Source: a virus. Taken from it: a DNA stretch of 64,000 nt. Positions 19,114-29,315 of this stretch are shown here, piece by piece. The translations under genes and the position numbers were made by a program. The notes below the pieces were generated by a model that saw nothing but the letters and a program-made list of their open reading frames with translations, ran no database searches and was not told the DNA's origin. Numbering within the stretch: position 1 is the first letter of the stretch; each line of letters begins with the position of its first letter. The stretch lies in IMG/VR virus record IMGVR_UViG_3300032116_000025. One strand, 5' to 3'.

Positions 19114-19692
19114 ATGACTACCATGACTAACTCAGAAAAGCCCGCAAGGCATAACTGCCCCTGGACCGAGGAAGAAGACCACCTACTTCACTTTTACTGG
19201 GGAGCTAGAGCCGTACCGTGGATCGCAAACAAGCTCAAACGGTCGGCCTGGTCTGTCACGCGTCGCGCCTTAGAGTTAGATCTTGGGCCGTTTGAGCGCG
19301 GAACTCTTAGCATGAAGCAGTTTTGCGAAAGAAGCGGGTTCCTACAGCATCAAGTGCTGCGCGTAGCTAGAAGCCTGAACATGATCATTCGCAGAGCGCA
19401 GCCCGGAAGCCCCCTAGCGCCAAGGCCAAAGCGGAGATACGCGATCGACGATGATCAGCAAGAGGCGCTTCTTGAGGGGCTTCTCAAAGTTACAGAAAAA
19501 TCATCCCACGTATACAGGGACAAACCCGGCGACGCACGATCCACAAAAGGAAAGTGGGGCGTAGGCAAGAAGCCACCAGCGTGTCTCCGATGCGCCACGA
19601 ACGAGCGTCCCCACTGTAGCTTAGGCTTGTGCTCCAGCTGCTATAACCGGCGGTACAAGAGTCCTAAACCGTCAAGTTCGTCCGGATCATAA
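19114..19692 (+). CDS. Myb/SANT-like HTH protein with C-terminal Cys/His cluster
   Basis: WTEEED.LL....IA..LKRS..SV..RA..L; CLRC..HC..GLCSSCY; start chosen after CCTATCAG. Confidence 0.65.
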   Translation: MTTMTNSEKPARHNCPWTEEEDHLLHFYWGARAVPWIANKLKRSAWSVTRRALELDLGPFERGTLSMKQFCERSGFLQHQVLRVARSLNMIIRRAQPGSPLAPRPKRRYAIDDDQQEALLEGLLKVTEKSSHVYRDKPGDARSTKGKWGVGKKPPACLRCATNERPHCSLGLCSSCYNRRYKSPKPSSSSGS

Positions 19693-19870
19693 AGTCTTTT
19701 ACTTCTCGGGGCACGGGAGTCCAAAGGTCTTCCCGCGTCACCCTGCGATGCAAAGAAGCCGCGATGGCTACGTTGAGCGTGTCTTCCGGGCCAATGGCAT
19801 CCATGGCCTGGACTGTCACGCTTCTTTTGCCTACAGCAAACTTTAACTGAAGAAACGTTCTTTGCGTCAT
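19664..19870 (-). CDS. Hypothetical protein
   Basis: 68 aa; ATGA overlap with tape measure stop. Confidence 0.5.
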   Translation of the reverse strand: MTQRTFLQLKFAVGKRSVTVQAMDAIGPEDTLNVAIAASLHRRVTREDLWTPVPREVKDFMIRTNLTV

Positions 19871-22800
19871 GGCGCTGTCCCCGGCGGTACAGGCGGATCG
19901 CGAGGAGGATCATCCTCTCCGCCAAACCACGAAGTTGCTCTAGCAACCTCGCGACCAACTGTGCGGGCCAACTCGGCGTTCTCCCTCGCGCGCGTAGAAG
20001 AGTCTGCCATTCTGGATTCGATGCCAGCTTGAATCTGCCTAAGCAAGTCATTTCGCTCTGCGTCAAGCGGAGACGAGGCCCTTGCCGCTTGCAGAGAGTC
20101 TTCTGCGGCGCCCTCCCTAACCTTGCTCATGCCTTCGACGTCACCGACACCGCCAACAACCTCGCCCGCAGCGTTACGGCCACCAATCAGGTTGACAATC
20201 TCCTCTTGCGACAAGCCGCGTCCGCCGTCGCGAAGCGATCCAAGAGCAGACTCCAGCCGACCCCGAATGTCGTTCACCGAATCGGCCGACATCGTGCCGT
20301 CGCTCCGGTTTGTCAGCGAGGTCATCATCTGCTCGATGATCTGATTTGCGTTGCCACCGCCCCTCATAAGCATATCCATGGCGCGGGTGCCGCTGACAGA
20401 CGTCTCTTCGCCGTTACGTCCACGGACTGTAAAGTCCATTGAACCGAAGGTGTTGCCGGTGGCTTCTGCAAGAACGGTCTCAATTGCCTGCCGGCGGCCA
20501 CGACGACCGCGACCCGAAAGCGCCCGTTCCCGCTCTCTTCGGTTCTCTGCGGCCATCGATATGCCGCTGATAATTCCGCTACCGGCCTCGTCGTCTCCAA
20601 CCGACGCGCGCATGCTACGCATAACATCGCGGTAGGCGGATTCACCTTCCGACGTAGTTCGATCGGCGTGGGCCAGCTCAAGTATAAGATTGTTTACGGA
20701 CGCGTTACCAGACCGATCGCTTTCTTCCGTCCCTAGGCCAGCTGCGGCTAGCCCGAAAGCTTCGCCTGCGCGACCAGCAAGGCCCCCTATCCGTGCCGAC
20801 AGAGAGCCCTCTGCTCCGCGCATGTTGCGCATCGCACTTTCAATCGCGCGGTAAGTACCTCCTGTTTGAGACTGTTGCCGCCGAATAGCAGCTTCCCGGG
20901 CTCTGCCCTCTGGACCGCGCGCGATATAAATTGCCTCTGAGCCAATCCCTCCCCTAACATTAATGTTTTCTTCCATTTGTGCATACATAGCAAGGGCCGC
21001 TTGTTGCTGCGCAGGATCCTCTAGCCGCATAGCGGCTTCCCTTGCGGCCACAAGTTGCTCACCAAGAGCCTCCCTGTTACCGGTAAGGTTACTCATAGTT
21101 GCAACGCGCGACCTAAAGTCTTCAGAACTAGCAAAGGATTCTAAAGCTTCGCGATTTACACCCCTGAGCCTATGAAGAAGCTCTGTGTCTCCCCGCTCTC
21201 CAGTGGTCATGCGACGCGTTGCAGCTTCGCGAGATCTGCGAAGCGTGCTTGCAAAAACTACGTGATCGCCACGCACGGTATCGCCAAACTCGTGCGCACC
21301 GGTCACCATGTCTCTAGCGCGCTCAACTCTTGATTGAAACTCGCTGCCTAGCCTTCTTCCAAGGTGTCCACCGCTAGCCACAAAGTTCAGCGCGTTTGTG
21401 TAATTAGCCTCTCCCCCAGCAAGACCCTCCATAAACGAGTCCACCATGCCGGGACCGCTAGACCCAGTAACTTCGCTGGTACCAGTGGGCATCGTGTACC
21501 GAGAACCACTCATGAAAGCCAAGGCGGCCCTTCGATCCATTCCAGCAGGGAGGTAGTCAAGCATTCTATTGCTATCCGTACCCCCCGCTAAGCGGGCGCG
21601 CGCAATTGCGTTAACCGTACCTGCACGATCGCTCATCATTCCTTCTAGAGCTGTGCGGGCTTCGTCGTAGACGACGCCTTGACGCGCAAGGCTGCTTAAA
21701 CGTAGTTCCTCGCGAACGCGGGTGTCGTCCATGCCGGCCGTGTACCCGGCGATTCTGCCTCCTCGGCCTCTGACAGTTCTTGGCCCAATGTTTATTCCCT
21801 CGTGAGCCAACACTTCGGCCCCGGTCTCCCGCGTATGGAACCCCATGCCGTGAAGTAAGTTTTCCCCGAGAGACCTACGAGATAGGGATTCTTGAAGAGA
21901 GTACCCGCCCCCAGAAGCAGTGGCGCCAGCAGACCCTGTGCCGCTGGTCATAAACGCGATGTTTCTGATGTCTTCAGCGGTAGCCCGACCAACAGACATC
22001 CGTGCCAACGCCCCGCGATCTGAAGCAGTTAAGCTGTCTGAGGTAATCCCCAAAAACGCGTTACCAGCACGCTCGAACGCGCTAGATAGACGCGTGGCAA
22101 ACCTGCGCCCCATCTCTCGTGCGGCAGTTAATCCCGTAGCGTCCGACAGGCCGTGCTCAATGTTACGCGTGAACGCCTCAAAGCTGCGGTTCTGCTCAAT
22201 GTCGGTCCTCATCGCTACTTCTCGCGCTGATGAGATCCGACCAATGTTTTCCTGCTCAGCGATGACCCCTTGATTCCGCATCAAGCCCATCATCACTCCG
22301 GCCTCAGACCGGCTCATCCGAAAACGCCGCTGCATTACTAGCTGAGCTAGGTCATCCCCAGAGTCTAGGACACGGTCTCCTACTGTAAGCCGCATCATTC
22401 CGATTTGAGCGGCGAGTCCTCCCTCTTCCATGACCGCGCCACGAAGTAACCCTTCGCGGTTTAGCGCACGAGCGCGGCCCATCCGCCCTACGTTTCTGTG
22501 GGCGGCGCGGGAGACTTCGCTAACAGACAGATCTCCCGACCGGAATCGGTCCATCATATCTTCGTCAAGGCCGGTACCGTTTGCGTTAGACAGCGCAAAT
22601 AGGCTGTAACGCCCCATGGCCCGACGACTAAACGCGCCGGATCTGCTGAGAATGTTGGACGTAAAGGCGGACATTGCGTCGGTGCCCGTGAGTCCTCCAG
22701 TAGCTTCTGAGAGCATTTCTTGGTTGATCGCTCCGCTTTGAACGGCAGCACCAAGAGTCTGAGCAACCCGGACAGCGCCCATCGCGCCTTGCCTACCAAC

Positions 22801-23721
22801 TCCTCCGTAGGCTCGGGAGATCTGAGACCCCTGCGCAGCTAGCGCAACCAGCTGGTTACGATCCATGCCAGAAACGGCTTCGGCAGTTCGGATCTCAGCA
22901 GCAAAGTTGACTCGGTCTGCGTTCTGAAAGATGCCTGCCTGCTGAGACGATCGCACAAACTGCAACGCGTCGGTCAACGTGCCGCCCAGCTCGCGCTGCA
23001 CGTTTTTCAGCGTATCAAGCATCCTTCGGAAGTTTTGAGTAAACTGCTGAACGTCACGGACGCCGGTAAACATGCCAGCGTCCGCACCCATAGACACCAG
23101 GTTATTCAGCTCACCCATGTTTGTGACGCCGCGAGATCGCGCAACTTCACTTGACAGCATTCCGCCAATCTGACCCATTTGGGCTTGACCAAAACCTCGG
23201 CCAAACGCCCCGCCTCCTCCGTAAAAGTTGAAGTTGTTACGAAGGACTGAGTTGGTGACGGCTTGGTCGTTGATACCGCCAGTAAAAGCGTTGTAGTACG
23301 CACCAGCTGCTTTGGTTGCTCCGTAGATGCCTAACCCAATGGCGCCGCCCAACGCTGCTCCGCCTAATGCCCCGCCCGCACCAGCGGAAAGGCCGCCCAT
23401 CAAAGCTCCGCTAAGCGGGTCCATAGGAATGCCCGCAAGCATCCCAACGGTGCTGAGGCCAACGCCTCCTACGGCACCGGCCGTCCGACCATAGTTGGCT
23501 AGGCGCATTGCCGTCTGTTCGCCGTACATGCCGTGCTGCCCCGGCCCGGTCGCCATGAAAGACGTTGGCGGCGGAGGAGCCCTATACGGAGACGGCCCCA
23601 TTCCATAGCCGCCGGTCATGGCGCCTGGGCCAAAGCCCGACGCATACCCACCGTATCCCTGGAACATGCCGAGCTGCTGCCCGACCATTCCGGAGATCAT
23701 GCTAGACGTATAGACGGTCAC
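19867..23721 (-). CDS. Tape measure-like protein
   Basis: 1284 aa Gly/Ala/Met/Arg-rich helical protein upstream of baseplate-like genes. Confidence 0.7.
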   Translation of the reverse strand: MTVYTSSMISGMVGQQLGMFQGYGGYASGFGPGAMTGGYGMGPSPYRAPPPPTSFMATGPGQHGMYGEQTAMRLANYGRTAGAVGGVGLSTVGMLAGIPMDPLSGALMGGLSAGAGGALGGAALGGAIGLGIYGATKAAGAYYNAFTGGINDQAVTNSVLRNNFNFYGGGGAFGRGFGQAQMGQIGGMLSSEVARSRGVTNMGELNNLVSMGADAGMFTGVRDVQQFTQNFRRMLDTLKNVQRELGGTLTDALQFVRSSQQAGIFQNADRVNFAAEIRTAEAVSGMDRNQLVALAAQGSQISRAYGGVGRQGAMGAVRVAQTLGAAVQSGAINQEMLSEATGGLTGTDAMSAFTSNILSRSGAFSRRAMGRYSLFALSNANGTGLDEDMMDRFRSGDLSVSEVSRAAHRNVGRMGRARALNREGLLRGAVMEEGGLAAQIGMMRLTVGDRVLDSGDDLAQLVMQRRFRMSRSEAGVMMGLMRNQGVIAEQENIGRISSAREVAMRTDIEQNRSFEAFTRNIEHGLSDATGLTAAREMGRRFATRLSSAFERAGNAFLGITSDSLTASDRGALARMSVGRATAEDIRNIAFMTSGTGSAGATASGGGYSLQESLSRRSLGENLLHGMGFHTRETGAEVLAHEGINIGPRTVRGRGGRIAGYTAGMDDTRVREELRLSSLARQGVVYDEARTALEGMMSDRAGTVNAIARARLAGGTDSNRMLDYLPAGMDRRAALAFMSGSRYTMPTGTSEVTGSSGPGMVDSFMEGLAGGEANYTNALNFVASGGHLGRRLGSEFQSRVERARDMVTGAHEFGDTVRGDHVVFASTLRRSREAATRRMTTGERGDTELLHRLRGVNREALESFASSEDFRSRVATMSNLTGNREALGEQLVAAREAAMRLEDPAQQQAALAMYAQMEENINVRGGIGSEAIYIARGPEGRAREAAIRRQQSQTGGTYRAIESAMRNMRGAEGSLSARIGGLAGRAGEAFGLAAAGLGTEESDRSGNASVNNLILELAHADRTTSEGESAYRDVMRSMRASVGDDEAGSGIISGISMAAENRRERERALSGRGRRGRRQAIETVLAEATGNTFGSMDFTVRGRNGEETSVSGTRAMDMLMRGGGNANQIIEQMMTSLTNRSDGTMSADSVNDIRGRLESALGSLRDGGRGLSQEEIVNLIGGRNAAGEVVGGVGDVEGMSKVREGAAEDSLQAARASSPLDAERNDLLRQIQAGIESRMADSSTRARENAELARTVGREVARATSWFGGEDDPPRDPPVPPGTAP

Positions 23722-23753
23722 GGCAGTAAGTGTAGACGAACTGGAGCGGTTCG

Positions 23754-23761
23754 CCTATTAG
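23754..23761 (+). promoter_or_regulatory. CCTATTAG variant element
   Basis: 16 nt before ATG 23778. Confidence 0.6.
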
Positions 23762-23777
23762 ACATTGAAGGAGTTTT

Positions 23778-24065
23778 ATGTCCGACACCCAGAACGCCGA
23801 AGAGAAGCCCACCCAGCAGCACCCCACGTTTGTGCCCGTTGCCCTGTTTGACTCGGGAGAGACCCGGTTACTTATGGGAACGTACGACTCAGAGGGAGGC
23901 ACTCAGGCATGCTTCCAGATCATGACACTTCGCCGACCAGACGTTCCTGAAAGTTCTTACACCGTGGCTGAGCTTGCCGCGTTACGAGAGCTAATCAACA
24001 TCGCGCTCCGAGAGGCGGTAGCAATGACCTCCCAGGTGTTTCGCCAAGAGACCAAGGAAGGTTGA
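23778..24065 (+). CDS. Hypothetical protein
   Basis: AAGGAG RBS, CCTATTAG upstream, terminator downstream. Confidence 0.7.
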   Translation: MSDTQNAEEKPTQQHPTFVPVALFDSGETRLLMGTYDSEGGTQACFQIMTLRRPDVPESSYTVAELAALRELINIALREAVAMTSQVFRQETKEG

Positions 24066-24073
24066 GTAAAACG

Positions 24074-24106
24074 GAAAAGGGCCCCCGTGGGGGGCCCTTT
24101 TCTTTT
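24074..24106. terminator. Bidirectional intrinsic terminator
   Basis: GAAAAGGGCCCCC-GTG-GGGGGCCCTTTTC hairpin between convergent genes. Confidence 0.85.
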
Positions 24107-24110
24107 GCCT

Positions 24111-24389
24111 TCAATCTTGTTCGACCTGGATTTCGGTCTGCTCTCTGAGCGCCGACTGGTGCTTGGGTCGCTTGCCTACGTTTTCTACGTAACGCACAAC
24201 GATAGATCGGCAGACTTCGCAGAGGTCTTCAAACTCAACAAGAGTCTCCCCGTCGAGGCGAATCTCAAGCGCGGAAGCCGGTTTCTTTCCCGACTTTGCC
24301 TGCGCAACCGCCTCATCAAGGGTAATCGGCTTCTGCTCTACGCGGGGACATCGGGCGCACTGCTTGTTTAAGCTTAGAGAGAAGCCCAT
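24111..24389 (-). CDS. Zinc-ribbon-like hypothetical protein
   Basis: CARC and CEVC. Confidence 0.65.
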   Translation of the reverse strand: MGFSLSLNKQCARCPRVEQKPITLDEAVAQAKSGKKPASALEIRLDGETLVEFEDLCEVCRSIVVRYVENVGKRPKHQSALREQTEIQVEQD

Positions 24390-24390
24390 A

Positions 24391-24606
24391 TCACTCTCCC
24401 CGCGCCGTCGCGCAGTAAAGGATGTACGCCTTTACGACGCCCCTCTCTGCTCCAATAAGAGGCCCGGCTTCCAGCCCTTTAGCCCGCTGCCGGTCGATAA
24501 ACCAACGCTCAAACTGGACAAGCTCGCCATCGAGCATCTCATCTAGCTTGCGTACGTCTAACTCCGACGGGGGCGGGCTGATCTTGATTTCTACCGATAG
24601 CTGCAT
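24391..24606 (-). CDS. Hypothetical protein
   Basis: ORF track; packed in operon. Confidence 0.6.
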   Translation of the reverse strand: MQLSVEIKISPPPSELDVRKLDEMLDGELVQFERWFIDRQRAKGLEAGPLIGAERGVVKAYILYCATARGE

Positions 24607-24919
24607 CTTCGTCCTTCCTGTTGGTTTTCTTGCGGATCTTCCCGCCCTCTAGCGCTTCTTCAGCCTCAAGAGACAGGTTCTCCCAGTTTTCTAGCTCGTC
24701 TCGGGCTTCGCTAATCTTGACTTCGATTTCGTTGATCGTGCTCTCTACGTGCACCTCTGGAACCGTTGCGTAGTCAGACCGCGTAAACCGCATCTCAGCG
24801 TCGCCTGAATCAGACGACAAGTAGTTTGTCCGAAGATACAGGATAAGACCTTCTAGCACGGAGATCCTTGAGCGGATCTCCGAGATCTTATCGATTACGG
24901 TTCCAGCCTTTACGCCCAT
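24539..24919 (-). CDS. Hypothetical coiled-coil protein
   Basis: ORF track. Confidence 0.6.
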   Translation of the reverse strand: MGVKAGTVIDKISEIRSRISVLEGLILYLRTNYLSSDSGDAEMRFTRSDYATVPEVHVESTINEIEVKISEARDELENWENLSLEAEEALEGGKIRKKTNRKDEDAAIGRNQDQPAPVGVRRTQAR

Positions 24920-24921
24920 GG

Positions 24922-25617
24922 CTACGCCAGAAGGAATGCCCGGAGACGCCCTTCAAGCGTTGCACCGGAAGAGGTGTCTTTGAGGATGTTTGCGAGGGGG
25001 TAGGCGATCCGCATACGGCGGTTCCTGACCTTGTCGTATACCTCACCGCCCCGATCACGCTCCATCTCTTTTTCGTTAGCGCGCCGAATATCACCCTCAA
25101 CGTGCTCTAGGACAATGTCCGCGTTGCAGTCTAGGCGGGTAAACATCTTGTAGACGAGCGTCACCCAGTGCTGAAGCGGGAGCCTTGCCATGACCTGCCC
25201 AACGAGGTCGGTTGGGTTGTGTACCGACTTGCACTTCGGGCACACGGCAACCCGCTTAGAGACAAACTGAATGTGAAGCGGCTCACCACACGTAACGGTT
25301 GACCCGTCCTTGCCGTCTTCCTTGCTGGGGCAAAGGTAAACAACCTCGTCGCCCCCGCCGTGCAAGAACCCTCCGTTAGTCCACACGCTGACCATTCCGA
25401 AGAATGGTCGGTGAAGAGAGCGATCTTGCGAGAAGCAAACTTCCAGCTTGAACCGGGCCTGCGCCTCGTCCAGATCTGTCAAAAACATCTTTGACAGCTT
25501 CTCTTCAACCTCCTCGTCAAGAACGGCATCGCGGGCAAGCTCCGCCATGTCGTAAAGGCCCCCGGACAGCGCACTGCTGCCGTCGGCGCTTACCATGCCC
25601 TGAGCGCCACGAGTCAC
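24922..25617 (-). CDS. Zinc-ribbon-containing hypothetical protein
   Basis: YLCP..TCG..VCPKCK. Confidence 0.65.
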   Translation of the reverse strand: MTRGAQGMVSADGSSALSGGLYDMAELARDAVLDEEVEEKLSKMFLTDLDEAQARFKLEVCFSQDRSLHRPFFGMVSVWTNGGFLHGGGDEVVYLCPSKEDGKDGSTVTCGEPLHIQFVSKRVAVCPKCKSVHNPTDLVGQVMARLPLQHWVTLVYKMFTRLDCNADIVLEHVEGDIRRANEKEMERDRGGEVYDKVRNRRMRIAYPLANILKDTSSGATLEGRLRAFLLA

Positions 25618-26045
25618 GTGCCCACCTTAAAGTGCTGTGCAACCAAGCCGGAGGCCGCGCCGATTGAGTGTGCGCCCTTGGTGCTTCCGGGCGCTGTATC
25701 TACCCTGCCAACGAGCGGTTGGCTGGTGACCTCAACGCCTTGACTAAGCACCCGGATTACCGTTTGGCCAAGTACTTCTGCTGCGTCCTTAGGCGCGCCC
25801 TTCATAACGACTCGCCAGAGGTACCGGACGCTCTTGGATGTCGTGTCTAGGAAGTAAACGCGGCTAATGTCTACAGACCACTTCTTGTCTGCAAGCGAGT
25901 CCTGCGTAATCAAATATTCCCGAACGACCTCGGCCCAAACCGCCGGGTCCTTTACTCGGAGCATGAGGGTTGCTGATCCCGCAGAGTCTTGCTTCTGGGT
26001 GACGATCTCAGTGCTGCAACGGCCAAGCGCTTGATCTAAACGCAT
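25614..26045 (-). CDS. Hypothetical protein
   Basis: ORF track. Confidence 0.6.
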   Translation of the reverse strand: MRLDQALGRCSTEIVTQKQDSAGSATLMLRVKDPAVWAEVVREYLITQDSLADKKWSVDISRVYFLDTTSKSVRYLWRVVMKGAPKDAAEVLGQTVIRVLSQGVEVTSQPLVGRVDTAPGSTKGAHSIGAASGLVAQHFKVGT

Positions 26046-26046
26046 C

Positions 26047-26592
26047 TCAAGCTCCCATGTCGATGATGATTGCGTGTGTCACGTCGGCTAAGAGGTTGGT
26101 TGGCCCGCCCATAACGACGAGTTTGTCCTCAAACGCCGGGGTATCGGAGTAAATAGCGGGCATCCCAAAAACGCTTTGGGGCCTTGGATCCTCAAGCGCC
26201 AAGAACGCGCTAAGATCCTCGGCTTTTTGCGCTGCCAGAAACGTGGGCTTTACGCGGTACGCCGAGAGTGTTCGAGTTGCTAGCTCTAACGATAGGTACG
26301 GGTGCCGTTCAGGGTCAAAAGGCAGCGATGACAGGTTCCCAGACGCCTCTACCCGCTCCAGCACAAAGGCTGCGTCTACGTGTTGAGCAACCTCAACGCT
26401 TGGAATGACCTGTTCGCCGTCGGCTACGAGCCTTTGGACGTTAAACTCAGTCGGAGTGATGCGGATCTCAAGGGTGTCCGGCAGCTCCACCACGCGCTTA
26501 AACAGCGCCACGATCTCCTCGACCGTGCGAGGAAGGGGCTGGCTGTGCGTACGCAGCCTACGGCCTTCATCCTGGGTTGCTGCTGATTCCAT
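26047..26592 (-). CDS. Hypothetical protein
   Basis: ORF track. Confidence 0.6.
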   Translation of the reverse strand: MESAATQDEGRRLRTHSQPLPRTVEEIVALFKRVVELPDTLEIRITPTEFNVQRLVADGEQVIPSVEVAQHVDAAFVLERVEASGNLSSLPFDPERHPYLSLELATRTLSAYRVKPTFLAAQKAEDLSAFLALEDPRPQSVFGMPAIYSDTPAFEDKLVVMGGPTNLLADVTHAIIIDMGA

Positions 26593-26773
26593 CGAGGATC
26601 CTTTCGCTCTTCGCTTCGAGCTTTTCTCGATACAGGCGCACGGCGTCGTTCACCACTCCGGCTATTCCAGCCTCGTGGTGTTGAGCTGCTGCGCGCAGAA
26701 ACTCCAACGTGTCCTGGCTAAACCGGACCGTCGTAGGAGCTGCTTTTTTTGAACCGTCTCTCCGACGAGACAT
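26567..26773 (-). CDS. Ribbon-helix-helix-like regulator
   Basis: PTTVRFSQDTLEFLRAAA....IAGVVNDAVRLY pattern; ATG 6 nt after TATTCT. Confidence 0.6.
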   Translation of the reverse strand: MSRRRDGSKKAAPTTVRFSQDTLEFLRAAAQHHEAGIAGVVNDAVRLYREKLEAKSERILDGISSNPG

Positions 26774-26779
26774 CGCTTG

Positions 26780-26821
26780 AGAATACTTAGCGAATACCAA
26801 TCGTCAAGAGAATACTTACTC
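26780..26821 (-). promoter_or_regulatory. Sigma70-type promoter TTGACG-16-TATTCT with GAATAC direct repeats (putative operator)
   Basis: -35 at 26802-26807, -10 at 26780-26785; GAATAC at 26781, 26792, 26810. Confidence 0.6.
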
Positions 26822-26827
26822 GACGGC

Positions 26828-27100
26828 TCAGAAAGTGTTGCTTGTCTCCGTAATCGACGAGAGAGCCAAGAGCGCTTGCTCAAGACCAACCAATCCGGGG
26901 AACCGAACTTGGATGCGGCGGCAGGCCACCCGGCTCAATGCGCTAAGATCTTCAGCGCTGGTGGTCAGCCCGTTAATAAGGGCTACGTCGCGCAGCTCAA
27001 CCTCTAGCTCAGCGCGAAGCCTTTGGTTGGCCCCTAACCAATACGGGAGCCAACTCCAGCGAAGCTCAACAGCCCCCTCAATAAGCTCGACTAGCTTCAT
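26828..27100 (-). CDS. Hypothetical protein
   Basis: ATGA overlap with upstream gene. Confidence 0.6.
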   Translation of the reverse strand: MKLVELIEGAVELRWSWLPYWLGANQRLRAELEVELRDVALINGLTTSAEDLSALSRVACRRIQVRFPGLVGLEQALLALSSITETSNTF

Positions 27101-28779
27101 GAGGAGCGGACGGTGGCCTGTAAGAAGTGAACGGTTGCGTCAAGCTGGTCATCCGGGTGAGACCAATCCCGCTCCAGCGAGATCCACACCGGAGCATTGG
27201 TAGCCAAGCCGGGTAGTACCAGCGGAAGCTCGTACACTGTGTTGGCCGAAACCATGTTGACTGTGCCGCTAACACTTAGCGGCAGCGGGCCGCCCGGAGA
27301 TCCGGTAGCCAAACCGTAGTTCACCTTAAACCGAGCCGTCTTGCCTACCGACCCGTTTGAGTCTGAAGTCAGGTAAAGCCGTAGCTTTGGCGCAGAAACG
27401 GGTGCCGCCGTGTGGAACCTAGCGCGGATGAACCGCCCATCGGCAGCAATAAACGACCGAAGGTACGCCGTAAACGACAGAGAACCGCTAACGTGCCCGA
27501 ACCGGACACGAAGCTCGTTGGCTGCTGACAACCCAGCTGACCCAAAAACTCCAGGATCGAAGGTTACAAAGTCTAAAATCGACAGGCTTTGATAAACAAC
27601 CTCTTTACCGCCAGTTTCCACGGCGCCGCCAACTGAGGCCCATACAGACGGCACAGGGAACGGAATAAACGAACTCTCAGCTAGTCCTGAAAGCTCTGTG
27701 TAGTAAACCGTGTTGTCCCTGAAGTTCAGCCTTACGCCTTGGTATGGGGAAGCTACCGCCGCGTAAACGGCTTGAGCTTCAAATCCAGAACCCACCGCAC
27801 CCGAGGGAATGTCCTCAGACAGCACCGTGGTGTACGCGTAAACTTTTGTTGGGGCAGCCGCTGTCGTAACGGCCTTTTCGTAGAAGTTGATGTCCGGCGC
27901 AGTAGCTTGCAGAGCTAGCGCGCCGCCCGGCGTTAATGACCAAGCAGCAGGTGACCCGGCGCCAAACCTGGTCCAGCCCTGCGCATCTGGAAACACCCCG
28001 TCTCGAGCGTCGTAGTCAATCACTACGTTGCACTTGTCAAACGGGATCGATACCTGTCCCGGGCCTGCCGGCTGTCCGGAGTAGGTAGAGAGGCGGCTGC
28101 CCGTAAGCCACTGGCGTGGGGCCCCTCCGATGTCTGCGTCGTTGGGAGAAAGGATCATGGCCGGAGCCTCCAGCGTGATTACAGCAACGGCGCTCTCACA
28201 ACCGCAGCAGCGATCTACGACAGTTACCGTGTAAGAGCCAGTGTCGGGTACTTCGGGCAAGGGCGCCCGCAGCATTGTGTCTACCGTTGGCGCTCCCGAT
28301 GGAGGAGCTACGGCTACAACAGGCGGCGGAGCAGCAAATACAGAAAGAGGAGTCCCAGGAACGTAAGATAGCGGTATCTCATAAGTTCCTCCGGGCCCGT
28401 CCACTTTAAGTGAGTAGCAGGTGATCGGGATCAGCGCGTCTGACGCTACTACGTAAAAGTAGCCGTCAGAAACAAATCCACCAAACACTGCGATGCCGCC
28501 GAGACGCTTTTGCGTTCTTACGCGCGAGCAGCTCTCACAAGCCACTTCTAGCTGTGAAGCCCGAAACGTACCGGAGAACAATCCCCACTGGGTCCCGGGG
28601 GCTCCGCCACCGAAGTACGTACCAAACGGCGTGGCACCAAATCCGCCCGGAGGGTAGATTGGATCAAACTGCATCCAACGTTCTACCGTGGACGTAACCG
28701 CCAGGCGCTTTTCACGAAAGCGGTTGAACCCGCACGTACAGCGCTGGTTTGGTACTAAAGCCACGTACGTCTCACGCAA
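27097..28779 (-). CDS. Putative virion-associated protein with Cys clusters
   Basis: 560 aa; CTC, CESC, CCGC; GFGATPFG motif; beta-rich. Confidence 0.55.
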   Translation of the reverse strand: MRETYVALVPNQRCTCGFNRFREKRLAVTSTVERWMQFDPIYPPGGFGATPFGTYFGGGAPGTQWGLFSGTFRASQLEVACESCSRVRTQKRLGGIAVFGGFVSDGYFYVVASDALIPITCYSLKVDGPGGTYEIPLSYVPGTPLSVFAAPPPVVAVAPPSGAPTVDTMLRAPLPEVPDTGSYTVTVVDRCCGCESAVAVITLEAPAMILSPNDADIGGAPRQWLTGSRLSTYSGQPAGPGQVSIPFDKCNVVIDYDARDGVFPDAQGWTRFGAGSPAAWSLTPGGALALQATAPDINFYEKAVTTAAAPTKVYAYTTVLSEDIPSGAVGSGFEAQAVYAAVASPYQGVRLNFRDNTVYYTELSGLAESSFIPFPVPSVWASVGGAVETGGKEVVYQSLSILDFVTFDPGVFGSAGLSAANELRVRFGHVSGSLSFTAYLRSFIAADGRFIRARFHTAAPVSAPKLRLYLTSDSNGSVGKTARFKVNYGLATGSPGGPLPLSVSGTVNMVSANTVYELPLVLPGLATNAPVWISLERDWSHPDDQLDATVHFLQATVRSS

Positions 28780-28945
28780 TCTTGGGCGGCACTAACAGGC
28801 GCTCTAACACGTAGTCTGTCGTTGGCGGAGGAGCAAACGATTCCCTAAGCCTCGCCTGCGTCACTGAGACGGTCTTTACCACCTTCTCAAACTGCTTCAG
28901 AGACTCTCGCATCTGATGCACTTCTTCAGGGTCGTGCTTTTTCAT
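28772..28945 (-). CDS. 57-aa hypothetical protein (not in ORF track)
   Basis: Hand-translated MKKHDPEEVHQMRESLKQFEK...; AGGAG RBS, ATGA overlap; fills the gap. Confidence 0.55.
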   Translation of the reverse strand: MKKHDPEEVHQMRESLKQFEKVVKTVSVTQARLRESFAPPPTTDYVLERLLVPPKIA

Positions 28946-29277
28946 CGCCGCACTCCTTTGGGGTGGGTGTCGCGTACGGCGTCCTCCAGAATCTCAATGC
29001 GCTTTTCAACTCGATCGAGGGTCTGAAGAGTGCGCTCGTAGACGTTCTTTACCTCGGTAGACGTACGCACCTGCTCGCGCAACGCACCGTTAAACTCGGT
29101 GGTTACTGCAAGCAGAGTGTCGCGCACCTCGCGAGCGTCTTGCACGCGAGCCGACTGAACTTCGCCAAGCCTTTGCGAAAGAGACTTGGCGTAAAGAGCC
29201 AGCGGGATTGTTACCAGGACAAAGAAGGCTCCGAAGATGCCGCCTTGGGTAATTAGCGTACTCGTTGCAGCATCCAC
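28942..29277 (-). CDS. Holin-like membrane protein
   Basis: One N-terminal TM helix (GGIFGAFFVLVTIPLALY) plus coiled coil. Confidence 0.5.
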   Translation of the reverse strand: MDAATSTLITQGGIFGAFFVLVTIPLALYAKSLSQRLGEVQSARVQDAREVRDTLLAVTTEFNGALREQVRTSTEVKNVYERTLQTLDRVEKRIEILEDAVRDTHPKGVRR

Positions 29278-29315
29278 GGGGTTTCCTTACTAGTAGTCTA
29301 ACTACCGCTGCTAGT

